Source: Strigamia acuminata (lineage: Eukaryota). Taken from it: DNA of 64,000 nt. The notes beneath the pieces were generated by a model. The model ran no database searches. It saw nothing but the letters and a program-made list of their open reading frames with translations, and was not told the DNA's origin. Shown in pieces: positions 34,201-43,894 of the stretch. Each line of letters opens with the position of its first letter. Position 1 is the first letter of the stretch. Location: assembly GCA_949358305.1 (NCBI GenBank), contig OX442314.1, forward strand, positions 3,782,001 through 3,846,000. Reading direction: 5' to 3'. The translations under genes were made by a program, and so were the position numbers.

Positions 34201-35815
34201 CTTTCAGTCGTGTTTTGAGCGACACGCTGCTTCTTGGTTGTCACCGGGGAACGCGACTGGCTGTTCCCGGCGCCTTTGGAGCGCTTGCGCTTCCGCGGGT
34301 AGCTGCTCTTGGGCCCCAAAATCCCCAGGTGGTGGAGCTGCCACATCTCGGCTTGGGACGTTAAAATTCCCATCCGAGGTCTCCACTGGGGCGTACTCTC
34401 TCCTAATCGCAGCCTCTCAAACCACAGATGAATATCATCCGCGGTCATCCCCTCGTTTTGGAGGATGCGCTCGGCCACTGCCGCAGCGGTATCCACCAGC
34501 TGTTGTCTATACTGCTGATAGATGGCCTCGCGGGCCTCTTCTGTCTCGGCTGCTCGCCACGCATGCAGCACGTGTTCCTCCGCCGGAGTGCCAGTGTACT
34601 GACTTGACAATCCGGGGTGGAAAATTGGCGATTTCGGGTCCTCGTCACGAGCTAACTCTGTGGCGATGCCTTCGCGCATCCCCTCCGGGAACGTGTCCAG
34701 GAGCGTACAGTCTCGTACCCAACGTCGGGCGATGCATCGGGAATGTAGTATTCGCAGGCGCCAAGGGTCGGCGTCTTCGCCGAAACATCGTCGGTAAAAT
34801 TCGGGCAGCGCGCCTCGAAATATCCCGCCACGAGCGATGCAAGCGGGGTCTAATGGTCCCCATGTTTTACGTAGTGCCATCTGGAAGGATGGAGAAATAA
34901 ACAATTAATAAAAAGTTAATATTTAAATACGTAGATAAATGGTTGGTTTCGAGGGACGTTGCCGATACGTGCAGCCGTCCGTCGAGACCGATTCCTGTCT
35001 ATCGGTGCAAACGTAGGACGAATTGTCCCTCGTCGGATAGAAAAAAAAGAAGTCATCACGTAAAAAATCTGTCTCATGTCCAAAACGCACAGCGAGACGG
35101 AATCGAGCCTTTAATCCGGATTTTTATCATCAGATTTTACTTTAAATTAATTCTAACGTTAATTAGAACATTACTAATAATTAAATTAATAATTATCAGT
35201 CATTCGTAAAAAGAATTCGTCGGGTGTAAATTATTACTAAAATTGCACAATAAATGTGCTTGTCGAAATTTTATTAAATAAATAAATCTAATAAAGAATT
35301 ATTCCGAAGTCGGACTTTGTCTAATTTTTAAAAAAGTTAAAGTCAAATTAAATTTATCCAACACACCGAAAAATTCATCGTACGAATGTTAAGTTGCATC
35401 AATTCGATGCGTCAAATTACTTGTGGAGAAAAATATTCTTTTACAGAATATTCTCCCCTTGTCATAAAATTATTTATGGCTCGAGCCCATTGTCTCGCTC
35501 GTGACTCAAGTCATGAGGAATTTTCGAGACGCGAGGCGACGTGAAGTCTGCGCTCGCACCCCGAAAACAAATTAACAAGGAAAAAATACGATCGTGTGAG
35601 CGATCGCGGTTAATAATTAATTATACGCTATTGTGAGTGCAAAGCACTCATGTCAGGTATTAGTCAACAAAATTTCTTCTTCAGCAGCACGGAACTAGTT
35701 CTCATGTGCCGATGCCGACTTCTACCTGATCGGGATGGACTTGGTTTACATCGCGGTCCCAGTTTTCCTCGTCCTCGTGCTCTATGGCAAGCACGTCGTT
35801 CTCTTCCTCGTCCAT
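25290..35815 (-). CDS. Spliced accessory protein (ORF3) of Gypsy C, ~951 aa, unknown function; exon 35815-35726 plus 34880-33110 and 26284-25290, interrupted by Copia-2
   Basis: Acidic 90-nt first exon (MDEEENDVLA..), strong acceptor TTTCTCCATCCTTCCAG at 34881; frame restored when Copia-2 plus one TSD (6825 nt) is removed; homologous to Gypsy B ORF3; donor GTAGAA is weak. Confidence 0.8.
26290..33109 (+). mobile_element. Copia-2 LTR retrotransposon with MBD-like domain, apparently intact
   Basis: 573-bp LTRs 26290-26862 and 32537-33109; TSD GCTGC; PBS TGGTAGCAGAGG at 26865; PPT GAAGGAGGGAA. Confidence 0.97.
27550..32490 (+). CDS. Copia-2 gag-pol polyprotein (capsid, ZnK, PR, IN, MBD-like, RT, RH)
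   Basis: Uninterrupted ORF from MKKATDQ; NYEHW, CFNCNELGHYANKC, WIVDCGAT, IRTDRGGEF, RARLVAQGF, YVDDI, YTDASW, TKHI. Confidence 0.95.
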   Translation: MKKATDQSSGHVPILVTGNYEHWHRAIKMLLMSDGVWHHVTETEELVKANVDEDVWRKWQRRKARALGTIYCHVSQAKQSALDGCTTPKQAWDILAKIYAPSSLARQAAMRREFLQLKLEPGEEMADFLSRVDLMVRQLKDVGEDILPRHHAYQYLDFLPDEYDQATFAIYHWPLAEFTPAKVSDQLLSEYLRLKSHSNRNSGNSSAYATGRQGRNQSRPPRPLAQVRCFNCNELGHYANKCQHPRKQTTGQQPVATLQTRSRSKSRRRNKGSNPNVNPNQQQQGQFRESSRPRRDAAYLLSAPPAIQVPTVHFVQSHEWIVDCGATDHVSHVKSWFLDFVEVVPFNIELGQGSSKVTGKGNVPVKSLIDGCECTVLLRDVLYAPDFGANLISVSRVDKCGHHIHIYNSELHTYGTDIKQSVLRAKQKSGLYFVDGLISPFASPTVVSSTPPIPMSPPTTAPMTLITKEEDFPAMPSKKSKKISNVEMTDFRLPISPNTLLVPSPSPIIPNPVAGSKPQQIRMYSNVLSSPPPPVATTKAVPPPTKVVTPAANVADATGLWHARLGHLHTKAMRTLANNSQVYGLDPAAVRQELSCNSCRIAKSTRASHKPIPTPSTTKPLELLHMDVWGPSRLTSIGGADYAFSIVDDATRYSWIFPIARKSDVFATFKDFVSRVERITDSRVKSIRTDRGGEFISKTFDRYLADKGIVAQRTNPGSPQMNGVAERLNRTMGDYLRSVTSETGFPHTLWAELAVTFSYVKNRSPHSKLNDEVPYVLWRQRALSVKHFRKIGSKCWVHFTAPGRNKMDPRAWEGFLVGYASNTRGYRVWNPATNTVTESVHVQIDERQNFKRSPFYVPDPYENAPFMEEPSRVTTPSRVTFDDGAFPSVPWSRRRRDSDDESSNDDDEFRHRAPSSASSVASYRSVLEEVEEDIADELPPPILFADDVPEDIDLDVTPDPPLPLYRPRRRLRPDALARQPHTPEASDSELDVDHDIEQFFERYPERDFEHDPEDDPLDNLLDDLLDKAAALPAAAATPAPPLAPLRALHCPYRFIGGDTPFSGWRREEHLRKEQAPGKIKVDVYYYPEHGVRLRSRGDIERYCVAHQLPYEEDIFFFGNLEHQLQDEQPVHRVLMCFREPSTYAEAVKLPEAPKWTEAIDEELTTFKEREVYKEVPRPPDKTILGCKWIFRLKSDATGKIHRYRARLVAQGFRQTMGVDFDEVFSPVVNFVLIRFFFCLLVVLLGWRDLHLDVKCAYLYGDLDHEIYMRIPAGATCTSPDNVWLLTKSLYGLHQSGRMWYQKLNETLTDLGFQKFPACNCVYAFGHSAVMLVYVDDIVVFYASESIRDRILALISSKFDIVNLGPITKLLGVEFVRRDGKVFMSQRSYIDKLLKKFNVSSDALIKVPVTPGTTLVKGSLDNLPDFPYRSLIGSLLFLASRTRPDILYSVIALSQYNNCYDHRHIKCLLQVLKYVANTSDFSIELSGCNSSQLWGYTDASWASDIATSRSFGGYIIYIGCVPIGWSCKKQTSVACSTMEAEFVALVEIVKELYWLDSIYRVFPPLNRLSKPIIFSDALASIQFTNNDIENSKTKHIRVKFHWLREWHIAGCFELRKIPGEINVSDIFTKWLSSERLRNLLSRIFISK

Positions 35816-36334
35816 GGCGAGGAGCGCGCACAAAAAGCTCAATCACGATTGAAAAAAGGATGATAAAACTATCTCAAAAAACTCGATAAAAACGTTAAAA
35901 ACGAGGATCACGCACGAATGCAGCGATCAGCTGTGAAAAGCGGAAGTCCGTGTGAACACGAGGTAATCGCGATGGATTCTGGGTAATATACTCCAGAACC
36001 CGGGTGTTTGAGACTAGTGCGCACCTACCCGTGCGCATGTTACGCTACGGGTCTCCTTTGTCTTCACTCCCGTGCGCGACTGCTGCTACGGGGTCTTTTT
36101 TGTTTTCACTCCCGTGCGCGATTGCTGCTACGGGGTCTTTTGCACGCGGTATCCGACCCGTGCCGATAAATTTGCTACGGGTCCCGCGCTTCCACGCCAT
36201 CTTGTGACGTGAATTCGACCGATATCCGCTTTGTTGGACTTAGCGGAATTTTCTTCGAGTCTCGCAACGTGATGGCTTGCACTATCGGTCGATTAGAATT
36301 TATTTTTAGTGCCGCCATCGACTCGTAATTTATT

Positions 36335-39300
36335 TTACTTCTTTCCTACGACCTTTCCGCCTTTTATAAACGGATTATCTCTTTTTGGTCGCAGGTTACG
36401 GATCGAGGCAGGTACGATATTTTTTGTTGTTTTTTGTGTCTGTACCTCCTCATTATTGTTTTCTTTTTTATCCGTGTTTTTTGTGTTTGTTTCAGGAGTT
36501 TCTCCTGTTTCCCCCCCGACCAAAATTGGATCCGGAACGGATTCAACGATCTCGTTGACCGGAGGTGAAGGGGCGTCGAAATACTCCTCGTTGTCACTTG
36601 GCGGTGCTTTTTCCGACTCGCCAGCGAACATATCGACGATTTGGCCGTCAGTTTTAGACTTGACTTGGCCCTTGGCCCACATTTCTTGCGGGAATTCCGG
36701 AATGTACGGAGTTAACTCTCGTACCTGGATCGATTTTTGCTCGGTGTTGTCCTCGAGCTTGCGTAATTTATACGCGTTACCGCCATGCTTGCCGATGATT
36801 ACATACGGACCATCTCTCTTGTCGGCCAAGCTGGCGGTGATCCCTCTCGCTGCATTTGAGAGGGTGTGTGCATCTTTCCACACCAAATCATTGATCTCGA
36901 AATTCACGAATTTTCCACCGCTTTTATCTTGTAAAATGCGGTCGCGCATGTTAAAAATGTGCGCCATCATATGCTTGTATGTGTTCGAAATTGTTTGCTC
37001 CAATTTATACACATACTCATGTGGTTTCTCTGGGTCCACCACATTTACCGACTCTGCCACTCGTGGGTCCCAAGGCACTCGTAGCTCTCGGGCGAAGTTG
37101 AGGTAGGCCGGAGAAAAATCTCTCGTCCTTGAGACTGTTGTTCGTATGCTGAACGCGATCTCCCTCAAGTATTCATCCCACCTATTGTGGATGTCAGTGA
37201 ATATACTTAATGCATATTTGATATCCCTGTTGAGTCGCTCAACGGGATTTGTTCTAGGATTGTAGGTCGAAGTATGTGACGCCACAATCCCGAATTTTTT
37301 ACAAAACTTACCCCAAATTTTCGAGATAAATTGGGGTCCGTTATCGGATATTATTTTACGTGGAAATCCGTAACGTAACGCCACGTCGTAGATACATTCA
37401 ACGATTTTCTCTGCTGAAGGTCTAGCGACGGCGTACAACTCGGGCCAACGAGTTGCCACGTCCATTATAACGATAATGTACGCATTTTTATTTCCCGTAA
37501 CGGGTTTTGGGCCCATCACATCGACACTTAAACAATCAAAAGGCGCGTAAGGCCCTAAGAAAATAGTTTCGAATGGTGATTTACTCCTCAGCTTGCACGC
37601 TTGACATCGCTGACATTGGTGGACAAACAGAGCAATATCTTTTTTCATCCCTGTCCAGTGAAAAAGCTGTGTAGCACGATAGAGTGTTCTGCTTACTCCC
37701 GCATGGCTCGCAAGCGGGTGCCCATGTAACAACCACAGCACGCGACCGATTAAGGAAGCAGGTATTACTACCTTTACTGCGGTGTCCGATTCACTCAAGT
37801 CATCTTGGTGATTTGGGTGATGTTTCACTAAAAGGCCGTCATCCAATAGGTAATCTATGGATTCGTGTGCATAACGACGCTTCTGCCTTCTGGTTAAGTT
37901 GGGCGGATATCTTCCTGTCAGTACGAATCTAGCTCTGTCCTGACATTTTTTGTCTAATTTTTGTTGCACAATTATTTCCTCCCTTGTTGGGGGATTGCTT
38001 TTCATTTGCTTGCCGACACGAGCGTGGAAGGCGCTTAGAAGCGGGTCATTTATTCTCCGCTCTAGCTTAAATTCCTTCTTTGCGTTTGGGTAATTGTCAG
38101 CAGCTGGTTGGTATAACCGCATCCAGAATCCACAGAATTTTACATCTGCTGGAGACGCGGTGGGAATTTCATTCATCTTCCTTAAATCCCAACGGTGACA
38201 ACTCGTAGGGCAATAAATGATGCGGGAGTCATCCTCGCCATCATCGTCAGCGTCGATTGGATCTGACACTGGTGCCCGTGACAGAGCGTCAGCCACGACG
38301 TTATATTTGCCGGGCTTGTATTGAATGGTCAAGTCGCATGCCATCAGTTCTAACTGCCATCTGGCTAGTCGACCGGCTGGCTCTTTTAATTTCATCAGCC
38401 ATTGTAACGCTTGATGATCTGTGTGGACCACAAATTTGGTATATTCGAGATAATCTCTGAATTTCCTTATGGCCCACACAACGGCCAAACACTCCAACTC
38501 GGTGGCATTGTAATTCTTTTCAGCGCCTTGGAGTTTGCGACTTATAAACATGCACGGCAGGTCTTGTTCGACTCCGTCGCGCACGTGTGTTTGGAGCAAC
38601 GCCGCTCCTAACCCAACTCTGCTGGCGTCCGTGTGTAATATGAACGGCCGGTTTAAGTCGGGTAGAGGCATTACGCCGACTTCCGTCAGCATCCTCTTTA
38701 TTGCATTAAATGCGATGTTGCACTCATTTGACCATACAAATTCGTTTTCATTCTTCAGGAGGTCGGTAACTGGGGCTGCCACTTCAGCTAGGCCCGGTAG
38801 CAACCTGCCGAAGAAGTTTATCATTCCCATAAACCGTTGGACACCTTTAACGTCCTCGGGTGGTGGGAAACGATTAATCGCATCGATTTTTTCGGGGCCA
38901 ATAGCTAAACCATTGACTCCAATGCGATAACCCAGGAAGGCAAGCTCCTTTCGACAGAACTTGCTCTTGCCCGGGTGAACGTGTAACCCAGCTTTCGCCA
39001 GCCGGGTGAGCACTTGGTCGATGTGCTCAATGTGCTCTTCGAATGTTTTGGAGGCAATAACTATGTCATCTAGGTATGCCCACACAAACTGATGCAGGAT
39101 ATCACCCAATACGCTTTCGATTAGTCTCTGAAAGGTACTGGGAGCGTTCACTAAACCAAATGGCATGACGTTGAACATCAACCGTCCAATTGGCGAGTAA
39201 AATGCTGTTTTTAGCTTATCCTCTGGCCTCATCTCAACCTGCCAGTATCCCTTCGACAGATCCATCGTCGTAACCCAAGAAAAGGGGCTAAGCTCTCTCA

Positions 39301-40456
39301 AAATGGATTCGATAGACGGCATCTGTATGGGATCTATCTCTGTCACCGCGTTTAATGGGCGGTAATCAATGCATAGGCGTGGGTCCGAGCCCGGGCGCAT
39401 CACGAGCACAACTCGCGTTGCGTATTCTCCCTGGGCCTCGGAGACAATGCCACTGTCTAGCATTTCTTGGCACATTTTTTGCACTATTTCACGTTTTTGC
39501 GGGTTCATTCCCTTATACGCAACTCGTATAGGTTTATTATCCGTCAATTTAATTTCGTGAATAGCCCTATTCGTTCGGCCCGGTTTTTTCGACAGGATCC
39601 CCTCATATTTAAGTAGGACCCTTCGTAGGGCTGCCGCTTCGTTTAATTCTAAAGCGGCGTCGGCGACAAGCGTTTCCACTACGTTGTCCCGTTGCAATTC
39701 TGTTACGAATGCTTTAAAATCGTAGTCTTGAACGAATTTCTTTAGGCCTTTCTCCCACTGTGTCTTGTCGGCCGCTTCTTTTACAAGAGCTGGTGGCACG
39801 ACAATTGCGGGTCTTTCCTTATCATTTCTGATATAATTCCAAGATTTCGTTATTGGATTTGGTTGTATTTCCATTGACGCCATGAGGTCTAAGCCCAACA
39901 GAAAAATTCTGTCGCATGTGGGCAGGACCAGGAAAGGGTGCTGTTCTACTCCTCCGAGCCACTCCATGGTCAATAATATAACTCCTTTTGGACGCGCCAT
40001 TCCGTTGGCGGTTTTTAGACGTATATTTTTATTAACGCCTTTTATCTTATCGGTGAGACCCAATGATGCTACTATGTCTTCGGAAACGAACGAGCGATCT
40101 GCTCCCGAGTCTAGCAGTCCCATAATTTTTTCACGTTCTATTGTCATGGGCAACATGCATAGGCGGTTGGTGTATTCGACCGCCACGTTGCACATGAAAA
40201 CACGAAATTCTTCTGTGTCTTCGACTACTTGAGGTAATTCTTCAAGCAGTAGGTTCGGTTCTTCCGCCTCAGCCTCAGCGTTTGCGGTAATTACCTGCAA
40301 AGCGTTGTTGGCCCTGTCTTGAATTTGGGCGTTAGCTATGTCACTACCCATTTCTTTGACTGGTGGCGGCTTATCGAACCCTTTGTTAAACCCCTTCTTC
40401 TTCATGAATGGCGCAGACGGTCGAGAAGTTATTTCTTCGCCGCCTGCGCTGACTCG
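36335..40456 (-). CDS. pol: Gypsy C pol (PR, RT, RNase H, IN), intact
   Basis: LDSGA, YLDDIV, HTDAS, ADALSR, HHCC, ISDNG, RDGPY motifs in one 1356-aa-plus ORF. Confidence 0.96.
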   Translation of the reverse strand, partial: RVSAGGEEITSRPSAPFMKKKGFNKGFDKPPPVKEMGSDIANAQIQDRANNALQVITANAEAEAEEPNLLLEELPQVVEDTEEFRVFMCNVAVEYTNRLCMLPMTIEREKIMGLLDSGADRSFVSEDIVASLGLTDKIKGVNKNIRLKTANGMARPKGVILLTMEWLGGVEQHPFLVLPTCDRIFLLGLDLMASMEIQPNPITKSWNYIRNDKERPAIVVPPALVKEAADKTQWEKGLKKFVQDYDFKAFVTELQRDNVVETLVADAALELNEAAALRRVLLKYEGILSKKPGRTNRAIHEIKLTDNKPIRVAYKGMNPQKREIVQKMCQEMLDSGIVSEAQGEYATRVVLVMRPGSDPRLCIDYRPLNAVTEIDPIQMPSIESILRELSPFSWVTTMDLSKGYWQVEMRPEDKLKTAFYSPIGRLMFNVMPFGLVNAPSTFQRLIESVLGDILHQFVWAYLDDIVIASKTFEEHIEHIDQVLTRLAKAGLHVHPGKSKFCRKELAFLGYRIGVNGLAIGPEKIDAINRFPPPEDVKGVQRFMGMINFFGRLLPGLAEVAAPVTDLLKNENEFVWSNECNIAFNAIKRMLTEVGVMPLPDLNRPFILHTDASRVGLGAALLQTHVRDGVEQDLPCMFISRKLQGAEKNYNATELECLAVVWAIRKFRDYLEYTKFVVHTDHQALQWLMKLKEPAGRLARWQLELMACDLTIQYKPGKYNVVADALSRAPVSDPIDADDDGEDDSRIIYCPTSCHRWDLRKMNEIPTASPADVKFCGFWMRLYQPAADNYPNAKKEFKLERRINDPLLSAFHARVGKQMKSNPPTREEIIVQQKLDKKCQDRARFVLTGRYPPNLTRRQKRRYAHESIDYLLDDGLLVKHHPNHQDDLSESDTAVKVVIPASLIGRVLWLLHGHPLASHAGVSRTLYRATQLFHWTGMKKDIALFVHQCQRCQACKLRSKSPFETIFLGPYAPFDCLSVDVMGPKPVTGNKNAYIIVIMDVATRWPELYAVARPSAEKIVECIYDVALRYGFPRKIISDNGPQFISKIWGKFCKKFGIVASHTSTYNPRTNPVERLNRDIKYALSIFTDIHNRWDEYLREIAFSIRTTVSRTRDFSPAYLNFARELRVPWDPRVAESVNVVDPEKPHEYVYKLEQTISNTYKHMMAHIFNMRDRILQDKSGGKFVNFEINDLVWKDAHTLSNAARGITASLADKRDGPYVIIGKHGGNAYKLRKLEDNTEQKSIQVRELTPYIPEFPQEMWAKGQVKSKTDGQIVDMFAGESEKAPPSDNEEYFDAPSPPVNEIVESVPDPILVGGETGETPETNTKNTDKKENNNEEVQTQKTTKNIVPASIRNLRPKRDNPFIKGGKVVGKK

Positions 40457-40474
40457 TTTTTTGACTCGTTTTTT
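40411..40474 (-). promoter_or_regulatory. -1 frameshift signal of Gypsy C with duplicated slippery site
   Basis: A AAA AAC twice (40474-40468, 40462-40456), then stem GCGCAGGCGG / CCGTCTGCGC; pol in -1 frame. Confidence 0.82.
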
Positions 40475-43400
40475 GCCATGGCGAGTTTAATCTCTGCCAT
40501 CTGCTTCATTATTGCGTCAAATTTAGCGTCTTCTTTCGCTGTTCTTGGGCACTCATTGGAATAGTGACCCGGTTGGTTACACTTGAAACAACGAATATTT
40601 GATTTGTCTCTTGGGGCTTCAGTCGATTTTTTCTTTTCAGGGTCTGCTTTCGACGGTGGCGTGTAATTTTTCCGAAAATACTTCGGAATTCGGCCGGCAT
40701 TTGGTTTTAACCTGGCGCGAAATTCTTCTACCGCTCTATCTCGATGGATGAGATGTACTAGCGGTCCTTCCTCATCGCAACCCGTTGATAAGGTATCGCG
40801 ATAGCTTCGTATTTCTTCGTCCGTCGAATAATCGTCTTTTTCTTCTTTTTCGTCTGATTTTCCGGCATCTTGTCCGGCTTCCTCCCCCTCCTTGACCTCC
40901 TCCAGTGTCGCTTGCATGGCTGACGCTGTCGGTGCCTTTTTAGGGGCGGCCAAAGGGTTGGAAGGCAGCGTGGATGTCAGTTTATTTTTTATTTGTAAAC
41001 CAACGCTAGCTTCTGCCAGCTCCATTATACCGCTAAGATATTCAGTAGGGCGCATAATTTTATCTGTCGCCCCATATCTTTCCGCACTCAACTTGAGACG
41101 TTTAGCGGTTGCTGCTTTCTCCGCTTCTGGTAAAGCGGAATACCGTACTGCCTCGATTTAACGCCGGGGCGTTTATTTACTTTTCCAAGTCGACCCCTCC
41201 GGCGATTATTCAAAGCCCGGCGATTATTCGCGCCGGGCGTCTAACGAAAAAAAAAGGTTTTTTTACTGCCGCCACCCAATCATTTACGTTAAATTACCGT
41301 ATATTCGTCTAAAAAACGTTTAAAACCGGCGTTTAAACAAACCCGGCGTTTATTTAAGGCCGGCGTTTATTGCCTTTTCGTTCTGAGTTTGCCCGGCGTT
41401 TAATCAGGAGCCGGCGTTTAGATACGACCGGCGTTAAATCAAGGCAGTACGGTAATATCTTTTCTCGATATCTATCGTGTTCTCAAACAGGAAGGCGCTC
41501 ATCTCCTCGTAGCTGCCTCCTGTCGGTGCCCTTTCTTCAAGTAGCACCCGTTGCGAGTACTCCGACAAACCGCCGAGAAAGAAAAGGTTGAATCCCGTGG
41601 CATGAAATTCCATCGGGGCCTTTTCGAACAACAATCTGGCGCGAATGTCGTAATCCATTATGGTTTCACCAGGCATCTGGCGAAGACCTCGCATCTTTCG
41701 GCTCACCTCTTCGGGTGTCTCGCCGTAGCGTAGGTCGAATCTCATTAAAAAGTCGTCCCAATTGACGCCTTTCAATCCTTGGTACCACTCACGTGCCGAG
41801 CCTGTCATTAGCTCGACAATACCGTGGGTGAGCATGTCTCCTACGGTGGCTTTAGTGGCAGTCTTAATTCGAATTACTTCGTCAAGGAAGCGATCTCCCG
41901 CTTTCCAGGACCCGTCGAAACGGTTCTGAATATAAAATTGCCACCTAATATTCCCGGTAACACTCATGGTGTCACGTCGGGAGACAGCGTATTTTTTCTT
42001 TACGCGGTCGCCAGTGCTACGATTACGATCGTTTCGTTTGCTCAGATCGATTCCTTCGGCCTTCAACGAGCCGAGTAGGGCTCTTCCAAGCTCTCCCATC
42101 GTATACTGCCGACCCGTCAAATCGGTAAACGCGCTTTGTCGGGGAAGGTCCTGAAACTCCTCCCGTCGGTGGTCGCTATTTTCCGATCGACGTCGTTTCT
42201 CTCTATCGCGCGGAGAGTTGGATCTCTTCCGGCGATTACTTGATTTCTCCTTTCGTCTGTCGTCGTTGGATGAGGGGTCGGAGCTGGGGTCGGGAGACGG
42301 TGAGCGGCGTGGCGGGTTGCGCCGTGAAGAGTTTGACTCTTTCCGGCCCCTACGACGGTCGTCACGTTCCCTTTCCCTGCGTTCATCGCGTTCTCTTTCC
42401 CTTCGTTTTTCTCCGGAACCTCTCTCCGAATTGTGATGACTGGGTGCATTTGACTCCAGTCCATCTGACGACGAATCACTATTTCCGTAGCGATAATATT
42501 TCGTTCTTTCATCGCGTTTGCCTTCTTCTCGCGAAGAGGTGCGATCATGCGATTGTCTCCTTGACGACTCGTCGTCTTTAAGGATGGGCACTGGTTGTTG
42601 CCACTCAGTCCCTTGCGGATTATCTTGCTGTTGGCTTGTGAGAGCTTGCTCTTCATTTCGCCTAGCATTATTAGCGTTGATTAACCGCGTTATCGCATTA
42701 TTTGTGGCTGAATCGAGAGCTTGCATGCGGGGCCGAGTTGGTTGTTCTCTGGCCGACGCATCTCTCTTGCGCGGAGTAGCTGGTGTTGCCCTCTCCGGCT
42801 GGGGTTTGGGTTTGGCCTTCGGCGTGCGCTTTGGGTCTCCCTCTAGGCTCTCGTCGGACAGCTCGGATGAACTGACCTCTGGTTTGCGAACGGATTTCGG
42901 GTCATCTCGTCGCAATCTGGCCATAAATGCTCGCTCTGCTTCTTGTTGCGAGTGGAAAGCATATCGATGTGCTCTCAGGGCTCGGTCAACTATTTCTACC
43001 TCCTCGGGAGTAGTCGGATTGGGCTGGGTTCTGCCGTACTCGAGAGCTTGCGCTTCTCTTTCCGCCAGCTTCCTCCGTCTCTCGCGAATGGCTTGTCGAG
43101 CCTCATTCTCTGCATCCGCTTCAAATTGAGCGGAATCAACCAATTGTTGAGCGTGTGCACCTTCAACAATGGTGATTTGTGGGGATACACTGTGCGCTTT
43201 TAAAGCTGCACGTACGATTTGTAACGTTTCGTACACGGTAATCTTCCCCGTCGGAAGGGTGTATCTCACTCCCTCCGCTTGTGCCAATTGCATCGCATCA
43301 ATCAAGGTGCCCGAGACGCTGTAAGGCTGGCTCGAAACACGCTTGACAGAGGACGAGTTGGACTTGTGCCCTTCAGACACTACCGAGGCTGGTCGACTGT

Positions 43401-43824
43401 GCGTAACTGGCGTGTCTAGTGCCGAATTAGCGGTCGTATTTGAGGCCGTCTTTTGTATCGGAGACGCTGCTTTCGGACTGCCCACCTCGGTGTCGTGCGT
43501 TAGACGAGGCGATTGGTTACGGGATAAAACCTCGTTTCCGCTCGTCTCGCCGTCACGGTTAGAACGCGGCAGTTTGGAGTGAGATTGCTCTTCACCCCGC
43601 TCTGTCTCGTCCAATCGCTGCCTCGTCTCGGCGCGAGACGGGTGCGATGCCTCTGATGCGCTTCTACGATCGGGTTTAGGCTTACGCCGTTTTTGCCTCG
43701 CTTCGTGCGCTGAGGCTTTGGGTAAGGGACCTCCAGATCGCAAGTGATAGTCGGCGCCTTTACGACTGCCGGCTCTCTTGTTTGCGTCGGAGTCGGAATC
43801 TGTTACTCGGGTATTATCTGCCAT
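40429..43824 (-). pseudogene. gag: Gypsy C gag (~1027 aa), interrupted by a MITE
   Basis: Removing the MITE gives EKRYY-SALPEAEK.. in frame with CFKCNQPGHYSNEC; homologous to Gypsy A gag. Confidence 0.9.
41143..41452. mobile_element. Tc1/mariner-pogo-type MITE (310 bp)
   Basis: TA-CCGTACTGCCTCGATTTAACGCCG...CGGCGTTAAATCAAGGCAGTACGG-TA; internal CCGGCGTTTA repeats. Confidence 0.9.
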
Positions 43825-43876
43825 TTCTTGCTTTGGGTATGATGTAATCACAGGTTAGAATCAGTTATTCAACTTG

Positions 43877-43894
43877 ATCCCGGACAGGCCCCCA
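43877..43894 (-). promoter_or_regulatory. Primer-binding site, tRNA-Pro type
   Basis: TGGGGGCCTGTCCGGGAT, 2 nt from the 5' LTR. Confidence 0.8.
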
